Shown here: positions 1 to 7,915 of the stretch, in pieces | How the letters are laid out: the number at the start of each line of letters is the position of its first letter | Position numbering within the stretch: the stretch's first letter is position 1 | DNA from: Thermoanaerobaculia bacterium | GTDB taxonomy: Bacteria; Acidobacteriota; Thermoanaerobaculia; Gp7-AA8 | NCBI GenBank assembly: GCA_051953135.1 | Contig: JBQCJC010000201.1 | Location: 1-46,838 of the forward strand | Length of the DNA: 46,838 nucleotides | Direction of reading: 5' to 3' | The notes under the pieces: model-generated | Databases searched by the model: none | Seen by the model: the letters and a program-made list of their open reading frames with translations, nothing else | What the model was told of the DNA's origin: nothing | Made by a program: the position numbers and the translations under genes

Positions 1-203
1 CACGAAATTCAAGGTAGACTCGAGGGAGCTTCGACCACAGAGGCAAACATGGATACGACCAACAATCATGAAGGTCTCCAATGCGCGTTCTCATCTCTGA
101 CCTGCAGCGAAGATTCCTGTGGCCCTTGCTGTATGCGAAAAGTCGTGATGGGTGACGGCTCAGTCATGCCTCGAAAGACATGGCGTGACCTGCGGAAAAC
201 GCC

Positions 204-722
204 ATGAAATGGCTAATGATTCTGACCGGCCTTCTCTTAGTGCAATGCGGACCCGAGCACGAACGGGCAACCGATCTGACGCGATCGACACCACTGATTG
301 ATGGTCTGAGCAGTCTTGAAGCGCCTGAAACGATCAGGGTCGCGCCCCAGATTCGTGGGCATGTGTGGGATGTTCGTGAGCGTAGTCATTCACGCCCGTA
401 TGGAACGGACGAAGATTTTAACGAACTCGTCGTATTGATCCCGGACTATGTATGCAATGGTATACAGGGCGAGTTGCTATTGCAGTTTTATAACGACCGC
501 CTGATAGCAACTACTTTTTACCCGTCCGATTTCAACCGATTCTCTAAAACGTTAAACGACATTCGCTTCGACGTAGATGAATTCGGCCGATCGCGATACC
601 CAGTTCCTAACACGTTTACAGTTATTGTCGTCGGCACCGATGTGCGCGGACGTAAGTTCGTATCCTGGGAGGATCGCCGTCTGTCGGATGCGATGGACCG
701 ATGGATAACACGGAACTCGTAA
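204..722 (+). CDS. hypothetical lipoprotein-like protein (orphan, in lower-GC segment)
   Basis: 172-aa ORF. The N-terminus MKWLMILTGLLLVQCG looks like a signal peptide ending at a Cys (lipobox-like). No family recognised. It lies in the only clearly lower-GC part of the window, and a competing antisense ORF (518..946) overlaps it. Confidence 0.5.
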   Translation: MKWLMILTGLLLVQCGPEHERATDLTRSTPLIDGLSSLEAPETIRVAPQIRGHVWDVRERSHSRPYGTDEDFNELVVLIPDYVCNGIQGELLLQFYNDRLIATTFYPSDFNRFSKTLNDIRFDVDEFGRSRYPVPNTFTVIVVGTDVRGRKFVSWEDRRLSDAMDRWITRNS

Positions 723-948
723 GTGATTTGTTGGTCCATCTCGATAGGATGGGCGTCTGTGACTTCAGTGGTCGGATGCAAAGTAACCGTTGCCTGCGCA
801 TCAACTGCTATACCGAGCCAGGTTCCTGCTGGCGACAACTCGACGTTGTCCCAATCAAGCCAACGTGTTAGCTGAGATGCTGGAAGGGTGTGCAGCCTTG
901 TACATCGAGGGCTAATGGTTCGGCATAGCGCGTGACCACCTAACAAGC

Positions 949-982
949 GAAAGGCGTGACGGTTAGAACCGCCACGCCTTTC
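949..982. terminator. hairpin downstream of the cohesin-like gene (candidate terminator)
   Basis: Perfect 10-bp arms gaaaggcgtg / cacgcctttc, with an inner ggtt..aacc pairing. Starts 23 nt past the stop of the minus-strand gene 1005..1673. There is no strong U-tract, so function is uncertain. Confidence 0.4.
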
Positions 983-1004
983 GTGTGTGCAGCAGGAAGA
1001 AGCG

Positions 1005-1673
1005 TTAGCTCAGGCGGAAACGCAGTGCGGCGATCGCGAGCGCGGCGGCGAGGAGGCCGAGGGCCCACTCTCCGAGCGTCGGGACCGAGGAGCTCGTGAC
1101 GTCGATGGCGCCGTTGACGAGTTGCAGGCGTCCGTTCTGGACGGTTTCGATCGTCGCGGGCGTGCCGCCTTCGTCGGTGAGCTGCGTGAGCACGGGATCG
1201 AGCGTGAGCGTGATGTGCGTGCCCGGAGGCGTGCCCGGCGCGATGGCGACGAGGAGATGCGCGACCTGATTGCCGGGCAGCGCCATGTTGGACGTGAACG
1301 GAATCAGGTTCGTCGTCTCGTCGAAGTTATCGAGCAGCGAGATCGATCCCGGTGCCGACGGGCTGTTCTCGAATGTCGGCGTGAGCGGAGCGGTGATGCC
1401 CGCGCGCGAGAACGTGACCGACTGCACGGCCGAAGCAGGCGAGTAGCTCACGCGAATGCTGTACGACTGGATGCGTGAACCGGACGGCTGATCGATGCCG
1501 AGCGGCGTGCCGGACGTGTCGCGGATGTAGACCGGAACGTCGACGAGACCACCGCCGCTGACGGTGCCGACGGTGATGACGTCCGGCTGCACCTGGGCCA
1601 TTGCCGGAACGGCAATGGCCAGGCTGACGAGCGCGATCCGAAGGATGTTTGATGCTTTCATCATTCTTCTCAT
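1005..1673 (-). CDS. secreted cohesin-like single-module protein with IPTL-CTERM-type C-terminal sorting signal
   Basis: Signal peptide MRRMMKASNILRIALVSLAIAVPAMAQ. The beta-rich module (VITVGTVSGGGLVDVPVYIRD...IQSYSIRVSYSP...ISLLDNFDE...HLLVAIAPG...ITLTLD) matches the cohesin sequence pattern by eye. The C-terminus VPTLGEW-ALGLLAAALAIAAL-RFRLS is an IPTL-like motif plus TM helix plus basic tail. Starts 9 nt downstream of the giant dockerin-bearing gene. Confidence 0.8.
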   Translation of the reverse strand: MRRMMKASNILRIALVSLAIAVPAMAQVQPDVITVGTVSGGGLVDVPVYIRDTSGTPLGIDQPSGSRIQSYSIRVSYSPASAVQSVTFSRAGITAPLTPTFENSPSAPGSISLLDNFDETTNLIPFTSNMALPGNQVAHLLVAIAPGTPPGTHITLTLDPVLTQLTDEGGTPATIETVQNGRLQLVNGAIDVTSSSVPTLGEWALGLLAAALAIAALRFRLS

Positions 1674-1682
1674 TCTTTCGAT

Positions 1683-4600
1683 TTACTGATCGTCACGCGA
1701 GAGCGACGGCGCGGTGACGGCACGTCCGATGGACGTGCCGCTCACGCGAAGCGAGTTACCGGAGACGCTGGCCGAGCTTTCGCCGCCGACGAGCATCGTG
1801 AGCTCAGGATCGACGTCGAAGCGGGCCGCTCCGTTGGTGCTGACTTCGATTTCGGCGATGACCACCGAGCGGTTTGCATCGAGCGCGAGCGGCGCATTGT
1901 CGCCGAAGGCAACGAGATACGCGATCGCGTCATCGGTGCGGCGGCTCACTTCGAAGATCGGCTGGCCGACGGCGCCGCGACGCATCGCTGCGTCGGTGAC
2001 GGTGTCGCTCAGCTTCACGCGAAGCGAGATGCCCTGCGGTGCGCGCGAGCCCTGGTCCATCGTCAGGATGACCGGAACGAACGTGCGGCCGTCGCGCTGC
2101 ACGGCGGTGCCGAGGCGGAGAGCGCCGGAGAACGGCTCAGCGATCGCGGTGGTCGCCGCGGAGGTGCGACGTGCGTGCGGGGCCGGGCCGCCACCGAAGA
2201 GGTAGTTGATGGCGTAGAAGATGTCGGCCGGATCGACGTGACCGTCGCCGTTCGCATCACCCGACGGCATGCCCGCGGTGCCTGCCGGAGCCGGGCCGCC
2301 GAGGAAGAGGTAGTTGATCAGATAGAAGATGTCCGACGGATCGATCATCGAGTCGCCGTTCGGATCGAAGTTCTGCTGAACGTACGTGTAGCCGTTCGTG
2401 AGCGTACCGGTCGTCGTGTTGGTGTTCGTCACGACGACGTTCACCGCGCCTGCCGCATGAGCCGGCGTCTTCGCGGTGATCTGAGTGGCGTTCACGACGA
2501 CGACGTTCGTTGCAGCCGAACCGCCGAAGGTGACGGTCGCGCCGCTGGCGAAGCCAGTGCCCGCGATGGTCACGTTCGTACCGCCGAGCGAGGATCCGCT
2601 GTTTGGTGTAACGCTGGTGACGCTAACGCTCGCGACGGTGATGGTGACGTTTGCGGAGCTCGAAGCCGAGCAGGTCGCGGCAGTCGTGACCGTCACATTG
2701 AGCGCGACCGTTCCGGAAGCGCCGGCCGTGAACGTGATGGCGTTCGTGCCGGTACCAGCGGTGATCGTTCCGTTGGTGATGCTCCACGCGTACGTGGCGC
2801 CTCCGCCGGCGTTCGCGACCGACGCGTTGTTGCCGGTCGAATTCGCACCGACAGAGCTCGGCGCGGTGATCGTGGAGTTCGGGTTCGGGTTGATCGTGAC
2901 GGTCGTCGCGGCCGACGGCAGGCTCGGGCAGCCGGACGCCGTTGCGACGACGGTGTAATCACCGGCGGCGGTCGCGACGTACGTCTGATTCGTGGCGCCG
3001 CCGATCGGGTTGCCGTTGAGGTACCACTGGTTGCCGCTCGCGCTGCTCGACGTCAGCGTGACGCTGCCGCCGGTGCAGAACGTGGTCGGGCCGCTCGGCG
3101 TGATCGTCGGGGTGGCCGGAGCCGGATTGACGGTCACGGACGTAGCCGCCGACGCGGTGCTCGGGCAGCCGCCGCCGGTGACGACGACGGTGTAGTTACC
3201 GGTCGCGGTGGCGACGTAGGCCTGATTCGTGGCGCCGCCGATCGGGTTGCCGTCGAGGTACCACTGGTTGCCGCTTGCGCTGCTCGACGTCAGCGTGACG
3301 CTGCCGCCGGCGCAGAAGGTCGTCGGGCCTCCCGGGGTGATCGTTGGTGTCGGCGGGGCCGCGTTCATGGTCACGACGATCGAGTTCGACGTGGGTGACG
3401 GGCAGCCGAGTGAGTTGAGGACCGCGGTGTATGTGCCCGCGGCGGTCGCGACGTAATTCTGGCTCGTGGCGCCGCCGATCGGATTGCCGTCGAGGTACCA
3501 CTGAATGCCGGTCGCGAGGTCGGACTGCAGCGTGACGCTGCCACCCGTGCAGAGTGTGGTCGAACCCGCGGGCGTGATGACCGCGGCACTCGGCGTCGGA
3601 TTCTGCACGACGTATCCGGCGGATGCCGCGGAGGCACAGCCGTTCGCAGTCGCGGTGACCGTGTAGGTGCCAGCGGCCGTGACGCTGACGGTCGAGTTGG
3701 TCTCGCCGCCCATCGGATTCCCGTTCTGGTACCACTGGAACGACGTGGCGCCAGCGGAAGTCGCGGTGAGCGTCAGCGGCTGCGCGGGGCAGGCCTGATC
3801 CTGCGTACCGGTGCCGTTGGTCGTGCCGGCGACGGTCGGAACCGGCGGCGGCGTGTTGACGGTGACGACGGTCGCCGCCGACTGCACGCTTTCGCAACCG
3901 GAGGTCGTGTTGGTGACGGTGTACGAACCGGCCGCGGTTGCGGTGTAGGTCTGGTTCGTGGCGCCGCCGATCGGGTTGCCATCGAGGTACCACTGGTTGC
4001 CAGTGGCGCTGTCGGACGTCAGCAGAACGCTGCCGCCAGTGCAGAACGAAGCCGAGCCAGCCGGAGTGATCGACGGCGCGGACGGAATCGGATTGATCGT
4101 GACGTTTGCGCTGCCGCTCTTCTGGCAGCCGTTCGACTCGACGACATTGAGCGTAAGGACGACCGTTCCCGACGCACCGGCCGTGTAGGTCACGGACTGG
4201 GTGTTCGTCGCCGAGGTGATCGTGCCGTTGGTGATGCCCCACGAGTACGACGTCATGCCGGCCGGGCCGGAGGCGGTGTTGCCGGTGGAGTTCGCACAGG
4301 CCGCGGCCGGAGTCGGCGTGACCGTGACGCTGCCCGAGCAGTCGAGATCATCGAAGCAGATCGAGACGTCCTGAAGCTCCGGCGTGGTCGTCGAAACAGT
4401 AGACGAGAGATACGCCTTGTACTTCAGATAGCGCAGGCCGTAGAACTGGCTCAGCGAAGCGCCGGAGGTCGTGAAGTACGTGCCTGCCGTGCCATCCGGG
4501 CCGACGAAGTTGAACGGACCGAACTCGGAATTGCTGCCGGCGACCTGGAACTGGACGTTCGTGTTCGCCGGAGTGACCGCGGTCCACGTGAGCTGACCCC

Positions 4601-7364
4601 AAACCGGCGTCAGGCCGGCCAGCGGGTTGGCATCCTTCATCGACGAAACGAATTCGCCGTTCGGAGCGAAACCGGTCTGGATGTAGATGCGGAATCCGGA
4701 ATCCGTGCTGACACCACCCGTGAGGGGGATGCTCCACACGGTGCCGCTGGTGGCGCCGGCGACGCGCGTGCCGCCCGCGTAGACATCGGCGCCGGCCGTC
4801 GACGTGCCGCTGCGAGTCAGCGCGTACGTTCCGGGCGATGGGTTCGCCGTCGGACGGATGACGAACGCGTACTGCGTGCCGGCCGTCACTGTCACCGGCG
4901 ATCCGAACGTCGCGGTGTAGTAGCCGGAGGCTCCGCTATTGAACCCGGGAATCGTTGCGCTCGCGAGATCGGCGCCCGTCGGAAGATTGCCGCTCGTGGC
5001 ACGCAGCGAAAGCGTGAGATTCGGGATGGTGCCGTTGCAACCCGAGCAGAAGAGGTTGACGTCGACGCGAACGAGCTGGCCGGTTACGGACGGCGTGAAC
5101 GTCTGGCCGCCCCACGTCGTCGTGGTGATACCGACGCCGCTCGTTCCGACAGTTCCGTTCGACTGATTGATCGACGGGGCATCGAGAAGGATCACGCTGC
5201 CCGGCGTGGTGTTGACATCGGTGTTGGTCCCCGCGCCGCCCTGGAAGTCCGCCTGCGTCGTGTCGACCAGACAGGCGGTGGTTGGGGAGAGCGAGAGCGC
5301 GAAGTCTTCCGTGGTCGTGCCACCGTCAGTGACGACGACGCTCGACGCGGAGTCCGACGAGTAGCCAGCCTTGCTGGCCGTCATCGACGGGTAGGTGCCG
5401 GCGGGGAGGCCGGGGAACGAGTAAGCGCCCGTTCCGTCCGTCGTCGCGGTGCGCGCGCCCAGCGTGACGGTCACACCGGAGATCGGCGTGCCGCCCGGCG
5501 TGACGGTGACCGTGCCGCTGATCGTTCCGCCGGCGCCAACCGGAGTGCACTCGGCATACTTGAACGAACCGATGCGCGTTCTCCAGCGCTTGTTGGATGC
5601 CTGATCCGAGTTTGCGTACTCGTTTGCCATCCAGAACGTACAGCCGTCCGGATCGAGCATCATCGTCGAGTAGTCGCCCCAGCGGGTCGAGCCCGTCTGA
5701 GAGAAGCTGCCGTTGAAGAGCGTTTGCTCGGTCTGGCCGAAGGTGTTCACCGGATCGGTCGCAAGGCGGCCGGCGTATTTGATCGAGGGGAAAGTCGTGC
5801 TGCTGGAGGTGCTGTATCCGAGTGCCATGTTGCCCGCGCGATCGATCGCGAGGCTGGGCATGAAGCGATGCATGACGTTCGCGGCGTCCGGATCGAACGT
5901 CGCGGCCTGCACGAGATTCGGGTCGACGGTGCCGCCATCGACTTTGACCTGATAGAAGCGCGGCGCGGCGAAGCCTGTCGTGTTTCCGCGGCGAACGGTG
6001 TGCGGAATCCACAGAGACTCAGTGCCACCGAAATTCGTGTATTGGTTCTGAACCATCGAGCGGATCTGCAGAACGTCGAGCAGAGTCGCGGTTCCTGATT
6101 GCGGTGCGTTCGCGACGCTCTGATTCGGCCAGCTCCCCGTCTGGGAAAGCGGAATGTCCGGGCCGGTGAACGTCGACAACGCCGGATTCGCCCAGTCGAC
6201 ATGGAACTTGTAGACCGACACGGCGTTCAGGAAGTTCCATGTCGACAGATACATGTTTGGACGGCCCGGAGGAGGCGTACCGGTCTGGAGCCTCGCGTTG
6301 CTCGGGACGACCGTGAAGTCGCCGGCGCCGATGTCGAACTGAACGATCTGTACCGTCGGCGCGCCGGCGTACATCTGCTGCTTGTTGATAGCCCACGCGC
6401 GCGCACCCTGGAATGCAGCGCCGGCAGGGAAGCCGAACATGTTTGCGGACATGTAGATGCCGTCGGTCCAGACTCCGAGCTTCTCGTAGTCATGCAGACC
6501 GTCGTTCACCTGGATGGAGTAGAAGTTCCATCCTCCGCTCAGCGGGTTGCCGTTCTGCGAAACCGCGAAGCACTGGAAGGCGACCGGCGGATTGACGTTG
6601 CCGCCGCCATCGAGCGTGAACGCGAAGTTCGACAGAATCCAGCGATCCTCGAAGGTGTCGTAGAGGATGACCGGATCGCCGAAGTTTTCGGTATCGCACT
6701 GGTTGCCGAAGTTGCCCTGACTCATCAGGGTATCGAAGGTGAATGCGGCTTCCTGGAAACCGTCCGACTTGCGGTAGATGCCGACGGACGTATTGACTGC
6801 CTGAATGTAGTAGGTAGGACCGACGTCGCCGGTGGTGTCGGGCGGGCTGCCGGCGCCCCAGAACTCGCGGTCAAGACCGTCGAAGTTCATGATCGGAGCG
6901 GGTGCTACGGCGTTGGTCGCCGGCTGAAAGGACTGCGCATTCGCGACGGGCGATTGCGCGCCATCGAGCATGCCCACCTGCACCGGAGCTGGCTCAGGTC
7001 CCTCGCGCTCCGGGCGTTCCTTTGCTTTCGGCTTACGGACCGGCAGCGAGCGCACGTCGCGCACGCGGCCCGAGGCCTTCGTCAGCACGAGTTGGACCGG
7101 CTGGCCGATCTTGACGGGTTTCGGCGGACCCTGGAGCGCGGTGGTTCCGGGCTCGAGGTCGCGCTGCTTGCGCTCAGTCGAGACGCGGGCAGTGCGCTTC
7201 CGTGCTTCGCGCTCGCGCTCTTTGGCCTCTTCGCCTTCGCGTTCGCCCGTCTCCACCTGGACGGTCACTTCTTTGACGCGTTTGCGGAATGGCCAGCGAG
7301 CCAGAGCATCGGTTGCCACACCGATGACGGACAACACGAGTAACAGCGACAACAGTCGTTTCAT
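1683..7364 (-). CDS. giant exported multidomain protein: N-terminal propeller-like domain, CarboxypepD_reg-like domain, 5 Ig-like QWYLDGNPIGGATNQ repeats, IPT/TIG domain, dockerin repeats, C-terminal cohesin-like module
   Basis: Start chosen at MKRLLSLLLVLSVIGVATDALA (signal peptide; ATG at 7364..7362, forming an ATGA overlap with the stop of the upstream receiver gene). The 64 codons further upstream in the ORF are Arg-rich junk. CarboxypepD_reg-like segment: GTISGTVTVTPGGTPISGVTVTLGARTATTDGTGAYSFPGLPAGTY. IPT/TIG-like segment: VTSVTPNSGSSLGGTNVTIAGTGFASGATVTFGG. Dockerin pair near the C-terminus. The last ~170 aa resemble the downstream cohesin-like protein in pattern. Confidence 0.9.
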   Translation of the reverse strand: MKRLLSLLLVLSVIGVATDALARWPFRKRVKEVTVQVETGEREGEEAKEREREARKRTARVSTERKQRDLEPGTTALQGPPKPVKIGQPVQLVLTKASGRVRDVRSLPVRKPKAKERPEREGPEPAPVQVGMLDGAQSPVANAQSFQPATNAVAPAPIMNFDGLDREFWGAGSPPDTTGDVGPTYYIQAVNTSVGIYRKSDGFQEAAFTFDTLMSQGNFGNQCDTENFGDPVILYDTFEDRWILSNFAFTLDGGGNVNPPVAFQCFAVSQNGNPLSGGWNFYSIQVNDGLHDYEKLGVWTDGIYMSANMFGFPAGAAFQGARAWAINKQQMYAGAPTVQIVQFDIGAGDFTVVPSNARLQTGTPPPGRPNMYLSTWNFLNAVSVYKFHVDWANPALSTFTGPDIPLSQTGSWPNQSVANAPQSGTATLLDVLQIRSMVQNQYTNFGGTESLWIPHTVRRGNTTGFAAPRFYQVKVDGGTVDPNLVQAATFDPDAANVMHRFMPSLAIDRAGNMALGYSTSSSTTFPSIKYAGRLATDPVNTFGQTEQTLFNGSFSQTGSTRWGDYSTMMLDPDGCTFWMANEYANSDQASNKRWRTRIGSFKYAECTPVGAGGTISGTVTVTPGGTPISGVTVTLGARTATTDGTGAYSFPGLPAGTYPSMTASKAGYSSDSASSVVVTDGGTTTEDFALSLSPTTACLVDTTQADFQGGAGTNTDVNTTPGSVILLDAPSINQSNGTVGTSGVGITTTTWGGQTFTPSVTGQLVRVDVNLFCSGCNGTIPNLTLSLRATSGNLPTGADLASATIPGFNSGASGYYTATFGSPVTVTAGTQYAFVIRPTANPSPGTYALTRSGTSTAGADVYAGGTRVAGATSGTVWSIPLTGGVSTDSGFRIYIQTGFAPNGEFVSSMKDANPLAGLTPVWGQLTWTAVTPANTNVQFQVAGSNSEFGPFNFVGPDGTAGTYFTTSGASLSQFYGLRYLKYKAYLSSTVSTTTPELQDVSICFDDLDCSGSVTVTPTPAAACANSTGNTASGPAGMTSYSWGITNGTITSATNTQSVTYTAGASGTVVLTLNVVESNGCQKSGSANVTINPIPSAPSITPAGSASFCTGGSVLLTSDSATGNQWYLDGNPIGGATNQTYTATAAGSYTVTNTTSGCESVQSAATVVTVNTPPPVPTVAGTTNGTGTQDQACPAQPLTLTATSAGATSFQWYQNGNPMGGETNSTVSVTAAGTYTVTATANGCASAASAGYVVQNPTPSAAVITPAGSTTLCTGGSVTLQSDLATGIQWYLDGNPIGGATSQNYVATAAGTYTAVLNSLGCPSPTSNSIVVTMNAAPPTPTITPGGPTTFCAGGSVTLTSSSASGNQWYLDGNPIGGATNQAYVATATGNYTVVVTGGGCPSTASAATSVTVNPAPATPTITPSGPTTFCTGGSVTLTSSSASGNQWYLNGNPIGGATNQTYVATAAGDYTVVATASGCPSLPSAATTVTINPNPNSTITAPSSVGANSTGNNASVANAGGGATYAWSITNGTITAGTGTNAITFTAGASGTVALNVTVTTAATCSASSSANVTITVASVSVTSVTPNSGSSLGGTNVTIAGTGFASGATVTFGGSAATNVVVVNATQITAKTPAHAAGAVNVVVTNTNTTTGTLTNGYTYVQQNFDPNGDSMIDPSDIFYLINYLFLGGPAPAGTAGMPSGDANGDGHVDPADIFYAINYLFGGGPAPHARRTSAATTAIAEPFSGALRLGTAVQRDGRTFVPVILTMDQGSRAPQGISLRVKLSDTVTDAAMRRGAVGQPIFEVSRRTDDAIAYLVAFGDNAPLALDANRSVVIAEIEVSTNGAARFDVDPELTMLVGGESSASVSGNSLRVSGTSIGRAVTAPSLSRDDQ
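2178..2366 (-). other. duplicated dockerin-type Ca-binding segment within the giant protein
   Basis: Two EF-hand-like repeats: DPNGDSMIDPSDIFYLINYLFLGGPAP and DANGDGHVDPADIFYAINYLFGGGPAP. The two halves are also recognisably repeated at the DNA level (gaagaggtagttgat...tagaagatgtc). Confidence 0.7.
2885..4085 (-). repeat. five tandem ~237-243-bp coding repeats (Ig-like modules) inside the giant gene
   Basis: Copies begin near 2985, 3222, 3461, 3698 and 3951. The first ~95 nt of the 2985 and 3222 copies differ at only 2 positions (ctgattcgtggcgccgccgatcgggttgccgt[t/c]gaggtaccactggttgccgct[c/t]gcgctgctcgacgtcagcgtgacgctgccgcc). Each encodes ...C.GGSV.L.S....GNQWYLDGNPIGGATNQ.Y.ATAAG.YTV....GC.S..S....V. 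Confidence 0.85.
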
Positions 7365-7789
7365 GAAACCGGTCCTTTCGAGTCTGTTGCGAGTAATGAA
7401 GATGTGCGCCGGACTTCGGCGCAGGAAGCGTTGACGAGATCCGCGATCTCGACGATGGATTGCGGCTTGGTCAGAACGGCAAGAGCATGGTGATCCGCCG
7501 CGATCCGCGCGACTTCGGCGGAGGGATAGGCGGTGAGCACCACCAGCGATGCGCACGGCTGCGTTGCCCGCGCTTCGGCGATCAGCGACGGCGCACCGTA
7601 AGCATGCGCGCCCGTGAGATACGGATCGACGATCACCGCATCGAAATCACCATTGATCGTCGCAGGGTCCGTCGCGGTTTCGACATCCCAGCCCTGCGCG
7701 GCGAGGTAACGCCGCAACGAGCCGATCACGACGTCATCGTCGTCGATCAGCAACATCCGCGGTGAACGGCTGTTGGCGAGATGTGACAT
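7361..7789 (-). CDS. stand-alone response-regulator receiver (CheY-like) protein
   Basis: Acidic cluster LLIDDDD, phospho-acceptor context AVIVDPYL, VVLTAY and LTKP motifs, and no output domain. Its stop TGA overlaps the ATG of the giant gene (ATGA). An alternative start lies at 7756 (MLLIDDDD). Confidence 0.8.
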   Translation of the reverse strand: MSHLANSRSPRMLLIDDDDVVIGSLRRYLAAQGWDVETATDPATINGDFDAVIVDPYLTGAHAYGAPSLIAEARATQPCASLVVLTAYPSAEVARIAADHHALAVLTKPQSIVEIADLVNASCAEVRRTSSLLATDSKGPVS

Positions 7790-7888
7790 GAATTTTTGGG
7801 ACCCGTAGGGTTGGCGAATGATCTGTCAGCCGCCCGAGAGAAAACTATCGGTGATGCTCGGTCCTGCGAGTGTCAAATTGCGGACGAG

Positions 7889-7911
7889 CTTGTCGGTAAT
7901 TTACCGACAAG
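7889..7911. promoter_or_regulatory. 23-bp perfect palindrome CTTGTCGGTAA-T-TTACCGACAAG (operator or terminator candidate)
   Basis: Read directly: the 11-nt arms are exact reverse complements around a single central T. It lies 5 nt after the stop of the NarL/LuxR-type regulator gene and about 100 nt upstream of the receiver/giant-protein operon. Confidence 0.35.
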
Positions 7912-7915
7912 TCTG

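Noticed and set aside
518-946. 142-aa minus-strand ORF overlapping the 204..722 lipoprotein-like ORF.
   Set aside because: It has no signal, motif or family resemblance, and it overlaps the more protein-like + strand ORF by about 200 nt. I cannot exclude that its 5' part (722..946) is a gene remnant, so I left it unannotated.
2175-3398. Long ORFs antisense to or out of frame with the called genes. Examples: 2175..3398 +, 3196..4242 -, 6099..7343 +, 8764..10209 +, 9338..10243 -, 17590..19092 +, 20452..21780 +, 22492..23595 +, 30800..32110 -, 35367..36872 -, 39315..39959 -, 40092..41117 -, 41902..42783 -.
   Set aside because: Their translations are Arg/Ala/Gly/Pro-rich low-complexity strings with no motifs. 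They lie fully inside genes that have strong domain evidence on the other strand or frame. This is the usual stop-codon-poor shadow-ORF effect of high-GC DNA.
7365-7556. N-terminal extensions of several ORFs beyond the starts I chose: 7365..7556, 10270..10740, 16683..16829, 21829..21897, 28581..28667, 30466..30564, 30665..30757, 44082..44726, 44825..45244, 45430..46551.
   Set aside because: The extensions are Arg-rich junk, or they overlap the preceding gene or a structured intergenic element. Each is followed by a Met that starts a clean signal peptide, lipobox or first TM helix, or that forms an ATGA-type junction with the upstream gene.
7891-7899. Shared TTGTCGGT(A) 8/9-mer linking the 7889 palindrome to heptamer elements A and B.
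   Set aside because: The complementary string also occurs inside coding regions (for example accgacaag near 31780 and ccgacaac near 35866), so the sharing could be chance. This needs a genome-wide count before any claim.
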